64,000 bases of DNA from Callorhinchus milii (lineage: Eukaryota): the NCBI RefSeq assembly GCF_018977255.1, contig NW_024704742.1, positions 134,604,001 to 134,668,000 of the forward strand. Direction: 5' to 3'. A program made the translations under genes and the position numbers. Below, piece by piece: positions 11,111-64,000 of this stretch (position 1 is its first letter; each line of letters starts with the position of its first letter). The notes below the pieces were generated by a model. That model had not been told where the DNA came from. It did no database searches and worked only from the letters and a program-made list of their open reading frames with translations.

Positions 11111-14100
11111 AGCAGTTACCTTGAAGTCTAGTGACTGTACAATTTCTGCACAGCCGTGTCCCACAAACAGCCATGAAGTTAAGTGAATAACCAATTGTAC
11201 ATGGAGGATGATTGGCCAGAACACAGAGTTTAATGATGATAATAATAATAATAATTGCATTTGATTTAATGCCATATAAGGTCGAGATCTCTCAAAGCGC
11301 TTCACAGAATATACTGTCAAGTGGATTGACTGTGTATTTTGTGGGCGAAACGGTCTGAGGTTTAACGTCTCATTGAAGGAGAGCACTTTTGAAAATTGAG
11401 AGCTGCCACTAGCATAGTGCTGGAGTGTCAGCTGAGACTGTGAGCACAAACTCCTGGAGGCTTGGACCTAAAGCTCTCTAACCCAGTTTAAGCCACATCA
11501 TTCACTGAATGGCTGTTTGGACTGGACTTTGTATTTCTGATCACGTGTCCACATCAGGTGCTCCTTGGACAAGGGCGTGAGTTCCAATTCGCCAAAGCTT
11601 CTCATGTGCTGATAACGTGCAGCTAAATTTGAATTGCACACGATGCCATTTGCTCACAAAATACACAGTCGCTACATTTCACTGTATATCCTCTGAGGCG
11701 CTTTGAGACATCTTGACCATGTAATAAGGCCCTATATCAAATGCAAGGATCATTATTGTGTCTGCCTTTCCTCCGTGCCCCCTTAAAGCCTTACTGAGCA
11801 AGTATTTTGCTTACAAACCATGCGGTCACCTCACCTCACAGTAAATCTTGTCCATAGCTTTGAGACATCTTCCCGACGTGAAATGCAGGGATTGTTATTC
11901 ATCTGCTTGCCTCTTGAACACTCCCACTGACTGTGTGATAACAATCCTTCAGGCAAGCAAATCACAAGATTCCACAAAGAAATACCTGAATTCAGCACTC
12001 ACAGGTCGAGTTTGAATTATTAGATGAATTTATTTGGAATGATTTACAGGACCTCTTCCCTTGCGCATGTCCAGCGAGAGAGAGATAGAGAGATAACCAA
12101 GTTAGTGTTGCTCACTCAGGGGAATTGAGGACTGCTGATCAGCAGCATTGATGTCCAACAAAGTTCCACATGTGTAGTTGTCCACTATACTTGTTAGGGC
12201 TTTGGCTTGTAGGGTTAATAGGAGCTGAATGGGCAGAATCCCTGTCCCCAGTCAGCCCCTCCCAAGTCCTGCCTCCAAGTGTGTATCTCTCTCTCTTCAT
12301 TTCTGTAATGAGCGTGTGTTTTTATCTCTCCCTCTGGTGTATGTGTTTGTTTCCCTCCCTGTATCTCCCTCTATGTAGCAGGTGTGTGTTGTCTCTATCT
12401 CGCTTTCTGTCCTCTGTTGTGCGTGTCTTCCCCCACCCCCCTTTGTAGGATGTGTGGATGTGTGCTCGTCTCTGTCTATCCTTCTCTCCTTCTCAGTCCT
12501 GTGTAGTGTTTTTGTACTCTCTGTGGCAACAGGGGCAGTGATTGAGGGGAGCATTAATTCACTGTCAAACCCTGAAGGTTCATGTTTGTGTGTCCTTTTC
12601 TGGTGCCGAAAGGCTGGCATCTGAGTGGCAGCACATCACCCATTATTCACCGGATTCATTGTGCAAACAGACAATACTCTGCAACCTCCACCATCTCACG
12701 TAACCCCATCAATTCAAATCATCCTCGAATCATTCGAAACTGGCACTGTCTTCAGCAGTGAATGATGGATTTAATTCACTCTTGTAAGATAATTCATCAG
12801 GTCAACTCAGGGCTACGGGTAAACATAAAGAGATGGAAAGAAAAGGTGAATGTTTTCCATCCTTGGGATGAGATGTTAAATCAAGGTCCCATCTGCCTGT
12901 TCAGGCGGACGCTAAAGATCCCATGGCACTTTTTGAAAAGAGAAGGGATTTTCTCTTTCTCGATGCCCTGGCCAGCAATCCCCCAAATACAATTGGTCCC
13001 TCGCTCACGGCTGTTTGTGGGACACTGCTGTGCGTAAACTGGCTGCCGCTTTTGCCCACAAAATACAGTCAATCCACTTTACAGTGTGTTCTGTGAAGCG
13101 CTTTGGGACGTCCTTCTGACGTGAAAAGCGCTATATCAAATGCAAGGATTATTATTATTATTAATATCCTGTGAAGTGCTTTCAGAGGTCTCGGCGATGT
13201 GATAAGGCACGGTACCAAATGCAAGGATAATGAGGATTACTATTGTAATGTTTAGAACAATCGGCCCGTCGGCATCTGAAAGGGGGATGATGGGTCAATG
13301 TTTTGGGTGTGACGTTTCGTTGGAACTTCAGATTCCGTAGTTTAGCCAAATCTTGGCTGAGGTGCCAAGCTGACTCAACTCAACACTCAATGGTCCCTGG
13401 GTCAGAAGGTTGTGGGTTTAAGTCCCACAACGTAATTTGTGGCAGCCCATTTGCACGCAACGATGTCCCACAAACAGCTATCAAGCCACTGATCATTCTT
13501 ATCTGTGAGTCGGGACACTAGGAAAAGCTCTCTTCTCTTTTCGAATAGTGCCATGGGGATCTTTAATGTTTTTTTGGTCAACTGAGTGCCTGACACATGT
13601 GGAAACTCATCACTGCGCTTGAGAGAATCCAAACCAAATGAGAATTCCATGAATCTCACCTACACGTGGAAATTCCAGAGAAAGATTGTTGGCATAGTAT
13701 TCACACTCTCTCCCTGAAGAGACACATCCTGATTACCTAATTCTGGAAAGTATTAAGCGCAGTTTAGCAATAGCCAAGCCTTGTAGCATAGTGGTTAGCG
13801 TGCTCACTTTACAGGAGGACCCAGGTTTGATTCCCGGGCGGGGCGAAACTTCAGGCACGTTTTGTTACTCCACACGCCTGGGTTTACCTAGCAGTAAACC
13901 TAGTAGGAACCCAGTCAATTGACAGATCACTTTGCGGGGGTAATAGTCCCTCAAGAAGAAATGTGGTCACTCAATCCATGACTGATTGTGGGACACTGCT
14001 ATGGGAAATTGGTTGCCGTGTTTCGACAACAGAATACACAGTCCTTTTACAGTATATTCTGTTGTCATTCACTTCATGGCTGACTGTGTGTGCAAATTGG

Positions 14101-15827
14101 CTACAAAATACGCAGTTGCTACACTTTCTAGTAAATCCTGTGAAGCGCTTTGAGTAATTATTCTTCATTGATATCATCTCTGCTGCTGAATTAATGAACC
14201 AATTACATTGCCGCATGCTTTTCCTGTGACCCTCTGAGTGTCATCGTCTCCATGGATGTAAAAATAACCCACAACAAACATGCCTTTGTGTCCAAATCAG
14301 CGCAAATGTCTACAAACCTACACCCTTCCCTGTCTATGGCAAAATATTGTCTACTGCTCGTGTGTTGGGTGCGAATGCGGGTGTGGAGGCGGTGGGTGGG
14401 TAATAGGACAACTATTAACCAGTAGAATCCTGTAGTTCAGTGGTTAGAGCAAGTCTCGCAAGTGAGAGGACCTGGGTTCAGTTCCTGGTAGGGTGAAATG
14501 TTGGCCAAGTTTCCTTACTCTACACAACTGTTTACCTAGCAGTAGGAACCCAGTTGATTGGCGGATCACTCCTCCAGTTCCTTAATTTTTTTTAAAAAAA
14601 TGTAGTCACTCAATCCAAGACTGTTTGTGGGACATTGCTGTGCGCAATTGGCTGCCCTGTTCGCCCACAAAAATACAGACAATTTACTTTACTGCATATT
14701 ATGTGAATCACTTTAAGACATCTTAAAGACGTGTAAAAGCAAATGCAAGGATTATTATTATAACTACTGAAATCTAGCTACTGGCTATCAAGTGGAAACT
14801 TTGACGAGAATTTCCGAGTGTTTGTTTGCAAACATGATATTGTCTGCCAATTGTAAAAATCTGCTCGTTGTAAGGAAATGTCCCACTTGTTTCTGTCCCT
14901 GTAGAACAACCCCATAGAAAATCAACTATTGTGTAACTTTGTGTTCCAATTAATAAATATCCTTACATTTAATATGATAACTTTCATATGGGAAGGACTC
15001 AGCAAAGTGTTTCATTGGATATACTGTATATTGGGAAGTGTAGTATTTAGAGCACTTGCCTAGCAAGCAAGAGGACCCAGATTCAATTGCCGGACCGGGT
15101 GAAACCTTAGGCAAATTTCCTTACTCCATATGCCTCTGTTTACCTAGAAGTAAACCAATATTTGGTCACTCAATCCACGACTTTTTATGGAACACTGGTG
15201 TGCGCAATTGGCAGCCGCATTTTGCCCACAAAATACAGTCAATTCACTTCACAATATATTCTGTAAAGTGCTTTGAAACCTCTCAACGACAGGATAAGGT
15301 GCTATTTCAAATGCAAGGATTATTATTATTTTGCGGGTAAACAGAGCAGCCAAATTGAGCACAGCAACGTTCCACAAATAGCCATGAAACAAGGGACCAA
15401 TTTTATTTTGGTAGCTTCTTGGCCAGAACATAAGATGAATCTCCCTTCCCTTTTCGAATAGTGCTGTGGGATCTTTAACGTCCACCTGAACAGGCAGACG
15501 GGACCTCAGTTTAATGTCTCATTTGAAAGACGGCGCCTCTGACAATGCAACGCATCCCCAGCTCTGTACTGTGTTAAGCCTTCGAATTACTGTGAAGAGT
15601 TTTGAAGCATTTTGATGTACAAGATGTTATATTAAAAAAAAAGCAGGTTGTTTTGTACATCGGTGGTTAGGTGGTGGTTGAATAATAAAGAGATTAATGA
15701 TAATGTTCAGTAGATATTTCATAATTCTTTGTGTTTGCTCACTCAAATGCCAGATGGCATAAGCACAGATCAACAAGTTGCAGCCGTGGCTCAGTTGCCA
15801 GCACTCTCACCTCTGAGTCAGAAGGTA

Positions 15828-16138
15828 ATAATAATAATCCTTGCATTTAATATAGTGCTTTTCACGTCGGGAGGACGTCCCAAAGCGCTTCGCAGAACAC
15901 ACTGTAAAGTGAATTGACTGTATATTTGTGGGCGAACGCGGCAGCCAATTGCGCACAGCAATGTCCCACAAACAGTCGTAGATTGAAAATGACCAATTTA
16001 TTATTGTTTTTGGTTTTGGAGGGATTATTATGTGTGGAGTAAGGAAACTTGCCCAAGGTTTCGCCCTCTGCCTGGAATTGAACTCAGGTCTCTCGCTTGC
16101 AAAGCGAGTGCTCTAACCACTGAGCTACAGGACTCCAC
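15828..16138 (-). mobile_element. Young full-length SINE nested in the head of a SacSINE1-like element
   Basis: TSD AAGGTA at 15822-15827 and 16140-16145. Confidence 0.92.
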
Positions 16139-19100
16139 AAAGGTAGTTCAAGCTGAGTCCAAGCCCCACGTCAGGAATTCGAACTCGCGAATCTGGTCTG
16201 TCGCTCTGGTGAGGTGCTGGGGTGCACTGCATGTTGGAAGTGCCGTCTTCAGATGAGACTTCAATCCAAGGTCCTATCGGCCTGTTCAGGTGAACGGTGA
16301 AGATCCATTGGCACTAATCAGCTGACAATCCCAGAATATAATTCATTGTTCACTTCATGGCTATTTGTGGAACATTGCTGTGAGAAAACAAGCTGCCGTA
16401 GGGGAGGGGAAAGGTAAACAAAACCACAGTCAAAGAGGCAAGTCTTGATACGAGTTCTGAACGTTGGGTTGGGAGGGAGCGAGTTGGAGGAGTGAAGGGG
16501 GGTGTTGGGGAGCAGAATGGCTGAAAACTCATCTGCCATTGCATGAAGCAAGCCAGTGTTCGCTGAGCAAAGGGAGCAATGGGGTCATTGGTGCTGCAAC
16601 AGGTCACACCATCACTGCCCTTTGCAGAAATTACTGCAAAGAGATTTGAGATGTTTAAGTCGGGAGGTCAAAGGCGAGGTTTGTTTAACTGCTCGCTCTG
16701 GATCAATGAAAGCAGCAGATTGTATTGGGATCCATTCAGCATCACTAGGTCAATACTTTAGTTTCAGTTGGCTGCAATCTTAACTTTTTTAAAATTTAAA
16801 TGGCGTCATTTGCGTTAATGTAGAGTCCTGTAGTGTGGTGGTTAGAACAGTCACTTCACAAGTTAGAGGACCCGGGTTTGATTCCCGGAAGGGCGAATAG
16901 TTGGGCAAGTTTTCTTGTTCAATACATCTCTATTCACCTAGCAATAAGTAGGAATTCGGTTGTAAGTCAATTGACGGATCGCTTTTCCGGGGTTAATAAT
17001 CCTTTAAAAAAAATAAAAATAATAATAATTTGCTCACTCAGTTCACAAATCGGTTTGTGGGACACTGCTGTGTGCAATTGGCTGCCACGTTTCGCCCACA
17101 AAATACATAGTCAATTCACTTTACAGTATATTCTGTGAAGTGCCTTGAGACTTCTCGAAGACCTGATAAGGCACTACGTTAAATGCAAGGATTATTATTA
17201 TTTTTAAAAACTTTGCAAAAACCTGGGTTCGATTCCCAGCAAGGCGAAACCTTGGGCAAGTTTCCTTACTCCACACACCTGATAATAATTCCTCAAGAAA
17301 AACAAAGTATATAATAAAATTGGTCATTTCAATCCACGACTGTTTGTGGGACACTGTGTGTGCAATTGGCTTCTGCGTTTTGTCCACAAATATAAATCAA
17401 TTCACTTTACAGTATATCCTGTGAAGCGCTTTGAGATGTCTGGAAGACATGAAAAGCACTGCATAAAATGCAAGGATTATTAAACATGGTGATGGGTTTC
17501 CGCATTTGTCAGACGCATGGCTGACCAAAACAAAAATCTTATTTGGGGTATCAGCCTGGCTCAGTTGGTTGTACTCTCGCCTATGAGTCAGAAGGTTACA
17601 GGTTCAAGCCCAATCTCAGGCCTTGGAACTGGCTGCTGCACTCACCAGAGAGAAGTATAGAGAAGTTTACTTTCCTGTACAGCATTCACTGTCTGTCTCG
17701 TGCAGTGCTGTTTGGGGTGGATGGACGTTAAAACCAAGGTCATTTGCAAAGTAAATAATGGGCTATTGTTTCATCGTCAAAACATACAAGACCTCCCAAT
17801 GTGAAGGCCATCATATAAATATAAATTTGCATTGTAAAGATGCAGGTGACACTTCGGTTCAACAACACCAAATTACATTTTTACAGCACCTTTCACGTCA
17901 GGAGAACTTCCCAAGGCGTTGGACAGGCAGGGATTCTCACCCGAGCTGATGGTGGAGGGGTGGAGGGCGGGGAGGGTAGGACGTCCTCCCGACATGAAAG
18001 GCGCTCTATAAATGGAATCTTGTTGTTGTTGTTGTTGTTGACAGTGACTGAAGGCTCTGTCAAAGAGGAGGGTTTTGCTATGGGTTTTGAAGGAGGCAAT
18101 GTCTGACCTGAAAGATTATATCTCTGTGTCCTAGTGCTGCGCTGGAGTAATCGAGACCCCATAGTTGTCTGACACAGTAGCAAGAGGGGCACTCACTGAG
18201 CAAAGCTGACAGACTGGTGTCTTTAGGTTTATATTCTGTACCTTGATTGCTCCCCTCCCATATCTTTGACCAACTATTTATCTGATTTTAATCTTGCAAA
18301 ATACAACCAGGTGAAAGATTGTACACATAGCCCTTTGATTTCTGCTAACTATTGTAAAATATGTATGAACACAGTGTCCCTATGACCCATACGGTCAATG
18401 TCTACACATTGGTGGCAAGAATTTCATGGGGTGGTGGGGGTTGAGGTTAAGTCTCAACAATAGGTCATGGACGTATTGTTTAGAGCACTTGCTTCTCAAG
18501 TGAGAGGACCTGGATTTTGATTCCCGGGCAGGATAAAATATTAGGCAAGTTTCCTTACTCCACAAGCCTGTTTACCTAGCAGTAAGTAGTAGATTGGTGA
18601 ATAATAATCCTTTCAAAGAAAAAACATTAATAATTTGGTCACGCCTTTGAGACGTCTCGAAGCGCTTTGCAGAATATATTGTAAAGTGAATTGACTGTAT
18701 ATCTTGTGGACAAAACACAGTAGCCAATTGCACACAGCAGTGTCTCACAAACCGCCGTGGATTGAGTGACCAATTGAATAACCGAGCCGATTAACCACTA
18801 TGCAACAGGACTCCGTAATGCAGGGATTTGGCTGATAAATCGTTGATTGTTGACAGGGATCTACTTAAGTCAATAACCTCAATGCCTGGCGTCAGGTTAA
18901 TGTTTATTGAAGCTGGTCCATTGTTTCTGTTGCAGTCATGAGGGATCGGTTAACATGGGCAATGAGTCCTATTGAAATGAGTTTGGCGGCAGAGGCTGGC
19001 AAACTGGAACAAATTCTCCCTAGCCCAGCGCTCAGTGTAACCGGACGCTCTCCGGAGCCTGGTCTCCCGTTGACCCCGCAGTGAATTGCCGCTGAGTAAT

Positions 19101-21757
19101 GAACAAAGCGATGTGTCGCCATAGCGATGCTACAACGATCCGAGCGCTAAGTCACATTCGCCAGTTCTCTGTGCGCACACGTTACGTCTGTAACCTTCCC
19201 GCCTCGCTCTCACCTCATTTTGACTAACGATAATTATTAATAACTTGCTTCATTTAACCGATGCCCCATCGTTGCCTGTTCAGGTGGACGTTAAAGATCC
19301 CACGACGCCATCGGAAAAGAGACTCCTGGTGTCCTACAATCCCCCACATTTAAAACAAAATGGTCATTCACGTCATGGCTGTTTGTGAACTATTCCCGTG
19401 CGCAAATTGGCTGAGTTCGCCCAGGAAATGTGTGTCAGGCTGCCTCAGTGGTAGCACTCTCGCCTCTGAGTCAGAAGGTTGTGAGTTCAAATCCCTTATC
19501 AGGATGTGAACTCACGTTGTCTAAGATGACATTCCAATGCTGCACGGGTTGGTGGGGGGAGTTGCATTATCAGAGGCGCAGTCTTTCGGTGAAGCTTTAA
19601 ACTGAGGTCCCGTCTGCCTTTTCCAGGTGGATGTTAAAGATCCCATGGCGCTATTCGAAAAGAGAAGGGAGTTTCTCTCCTGGTGTTCTAGCCAACAATC
19701 CCCCAAATAAAATTGGCCATGAGTTTCATGGCTGTTTGTGGGACATTGCTGTGCACAATTGTGCTGTCACGTTTGCCTGCAAATACACAATCACTCCATT
19801 TCACAGTAAATCCTGTGATGCGCTTTGAGACATCTCGATTGCAATGCACTTTTGAGTGACTTTGAGGAGCTATTAAGACTGCCACTTCTTTTCTTGTTAA
19901 ATTATAAAGCAAAGCACAACTTGACATTAATAATAGTTTCAATAATAATCCTTGCGTTTCATAAGAGTTATCAAATTTCAATGATGTCTTAAAAGTGCTT
20001 GTTAGTCGATTGGCAGATCACTTTCTGGGGGTAATAATCCCTTCAAAAAAAAATGTGGTCATTCAATCCATCACTGTTCGTGGGACACTGCTGTGCGCAA
20101 TTGGCCTCGGCAATTCACCCAGAAAATTAACTTTACGGTATATTCTATGAAGCACTTTGAGATGTCTCAAAGACATGATAAGATGCTACATCAAATGCAA
20201 GGATTATTATGATTATTATTATTCACAGAGAGGTGTATTAAGGTGTAAAGACTGTGTATTTTGTCAGCGACTTTTGCTCGTACATACATCTTCCCCTTGC
20301 ATATGTATCAGTGTTGTTTGTTAGTTTCTGAGTTTATCAGTAGTCTCTGTACTGTACCTTTGCACCTGCACATGCAGTGCTGGATTGCACCCGTCTTTTT
20401 CCTTCCCTTGCACCATGAATCGCCTGCTTTCGATCTCCGAGCTTTTTATTCGATTGTTTGTTTGACTGCACAACGATAAGTAATTAGTTCAGGTACTTGG
20501 CTCAGTCTCCTCTTCTCCACCTTATATCCTTTTAAATGAGTCTGTGGTTGACTTCCCCCACTCCGAGTCGTAGGAGAATAACTAACTTGGTGGTTCTGAG
20601 TGACCCAGTACAGAGGAATCTTTAGTTAATTCCTGTCTTGTGCAACCACTGTAGACCCTGAACTCTCAGGCCATAGCACTGCAGTTATTGCGAGGCCTTT
20701 CTGCCTGATGAGTCCACAAGGTTTCTTTTTAAAAGGGAATTAGACAGGAGGCTTGGGAAAATAGAGGAATATTGACTGGCGTGGTGAGATTGGAACAAGA
20801 TTGTGTGTGTGTGTGTATTATAGAGAGAGATAAATGTGTGCTAATATTTGTTATTGTCAGAGGCTGAGGTTGGATTAATGCTATAAAAATAGTACTTGCA
20901 TTTGATACAGTGCCTTCAGCTCGTTGATAAGGTTCAATGCACCTCGCAGAATATTCTGCAAAGTGGATTGACTGTGAAGTTCGTGGGCGAAAAGACAGTC
21001 AAAAGAGTCCAGACAAGTCACCTGAGTAATGGGAGATGTTTGGGGATCGGAATGAAGAGCTGGAAATTGGGGTTTAACGTATGTCAGCCTGGACCACTGG
21101 TAGCACTTTTGCCTCTGAGGCAAAAGGTTGTGAGTTCAAGCCCCACTTTGGGACTTGGAATCACATAGACTTAAGATGATACTCCAATGCAGTGCTGGGG
21201 ATGTGTTGCATTGTCGGATGAGATGGTAAACTGAGGTTCGTCCGTCTGTTCAGATAGATGCTAAAGATCCCATGGAACATTTGGAAATGAGAAGGGAATG
21301 TCTTTCTCCTATGTCTTGGCCAACAATCAGCCAAGTAGAATTGGTCACTCACTCCATGGCTGTTTGTGGGACAATGCTGTGTGCAACTGTCCCCTGTGTT
21401 TCATTCACAAAATGCAGTCAATCCACTTTACAGTATATCCAGTGAATCACTTTGAGACATCTCAATGGCGTGATGAGGCGCTATATCAATAATAATAATA
21501 ATTATTATTATTATTAAATGCAAGGATTATTATTCTTATTAATATAAGTGGCTGTTCCACGGACTCAAACCACGGGGTTCAATGGCCACATCATGTGCTG
21601 AATGTCGCTAATCATTTTTAAAAAAAACAGTACTTCGAATACTACTTGCATTTGATGTGTTGATGTAGCATTTGGCTGCCATGTTCTCCCACAAAATATA
21701 CAGTATGTTCTGTGAAGCGCTTCGAGATGTCTTGAATATGTGATAAGGCACTATATG

Positions 21758-22076
21758 GTGGAGTCCTGTAGCTCAGTGGTTGAGCACTCGCTTTGCAAGC
21801 TAGAGACCTGAGTTCAATTCCAGGCAGGGCGAAACCTTGGGCAAGTTTCCTTACTCCACACGCCTAATAATAATCCCTCCAAAACCAAAAACAATAATAA
21901 ATTGGTCATTTTCAATCCACGACTGTTTGTGGGACATTGCTGTGCGCAATTGGCTGCCGCGTTCGCCCACAAATATACAGTCAATTCACTTTACAGTGTG
22001 TTCTGTGAAGCGCTTTGGGACGTCCTCCCGACGTGAAAAGTGCTGTATCAAATGCAAGGATTATTATTATTATTAT
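21758..22076 (+). mobile_element. Young full-length SINE nested in the tail of an older SINE
   Basis: Older tail aaggcactatat|caaatgtaagg is split; short TATAT duplication overlapping the (ATT)n tail. Confidence 0.92.
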
Positions 22077-23131
22077 ATCAAATGTAAGGATTATTATTAT
22101 TATCATCAAGACATCTCAACAACATGATAAGCTCTATATGAAATGCAAGCATTACTATTCTACAGTGTCTTCCATGCCAGAACAATGTCTCAAAGTGCTT
22201 CGTAGGATTTTACTGTAAAAGTGTGTTTTGTAGGCAAACTCTGTTTAGACTCTCGGATTATCATTCCTCTGTCTCCTGGTCCTGTCATGACTTCATGTAC
22301 GACAGGAAACGTTCCTGCCTCGCTCTGTCTCTTTCAATGGACAGTGGTCAGACAGTCACTCTGCTGTCCGGTGTGATCTAATGCTCACCCTTTCAAAAAC
22401 TCCTAAAACGTGTGCTTTTGAGTACAAGAGAGTTTCAGTTGACTAAAGTCTTGGGCCCATTTGACTTCATCCTTTCAGAACACACACGCTCTTGTCCTCC
22501 TATTGCATCAGTGAGCTGTTTTTTAATGACTTAATGGGAATCAATTTCAGCTGATGAATTAACTCACTTTTAAAGCTATGCTAGCCTTCACATTTCACAA
22601 CGCTGAACTGTGCCCTGTTGCCCTATTGCCTTGGCATATCTCAATGCTTTATTTCTTGTTTACTCTCTCTGTCCCATCAAAGCTTTGTGTGTGTATCTAC
22701 ACAATCTTGAGATTACTTATGAAACTGTACGACCACAGTTGAATATTTCTCTACACTGTCTCAAGGTTCTCGCCTTAGGATATAGTGCTGATCATATAGT
22801 GCCACTGGATCTTCAAAGTCCACCTGAACAGGTAGGCGGGACTTCAGTTAAATATTTTGTGGGGCCTGAAAACTTCTCACCAGGGCAGCTGATTTTGGCC
22901 TCCAACTATGTCTTATTATAACGATAATAATCTTTGATTTTGATATCGCGCCTTATTGAGTCGTTGAGACATCTCAAAGCATTTCAATAGAGTGAATTGA
23001 CTGCATGTTTGGGTTGAAATTATTATCATCCATATTATTAATATTATTATTGTTATTTCTTGGTTGTTTTCTTGGCTACTAATTTTAATTTAATTTTGAT
23101 TCCCTTCACCTTTTCAGGGATCACCCACACA

Positions 23132-63960
<40,829 letters not shown>

Positions 63961-64000
63961 GCAAGTCCAAGCATGTTACCAAGCTCTCGCTGTAATCGTG

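Noticed and set aside
10661..11449. 262 aa ORF
   Set aside because: Chance fusion of a SINE translation with a decayed L2 endonuclease remnant
1..23100. Possible second protein-coding gene upstream of ATP8B1
   Set aside because: No coherent exon chain or protein similarity recognised; small divergent exons cannot be fully excluded by eye

Overview
Eukaryotic, intron-rich vertebrate genomic DNA. The repeat content (SacSINE1-like Deu-domain SINEs, CR1 and L2 LINEs) points to a cartilaginous fish, possibly a chimaera; that assignment is inference. The window holds most of one + strand gene, ATP8B1 (FIC1, P4-ATPase phospholipid flippase). I traced 24 coding exons by hand from the ATG at 23132 to 63960; they splice in frame to 3225 nt (1075 codons) with DGET, PISL, DKTGT, TGDK and GDGAND intact. 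The last exons lie beyond the window, and a candidate non-coding first exon ends at 5887. Introns are packed with retroposons: a near full-length antisense CR1 interrupted by a young L2, many L2 and CR1 fragments, three tiers of tRNA-derived L2-tailed SINEs, and an unclassified ~420 bp poly(A)-tailed repeat. Most notable: (1) the 180 nt ATG exon is bracketed by near-identical inverted young SINEs and would give a stop-less circular ORF if back-spliced; (2) the unclassified poly(A) repeat with a long TSD; (3) young SINEs apparently re-captured the 3' stem-loop of the young L2; (4) an L2 tail supplies a splice acceptor; (5) a GC-AG donor; (6) a CR1 ORF1 esterase lacking its catalytic Ser. No prokaryotic-type system is present. 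Repeat boundaries are approximate unless a TSD is given.
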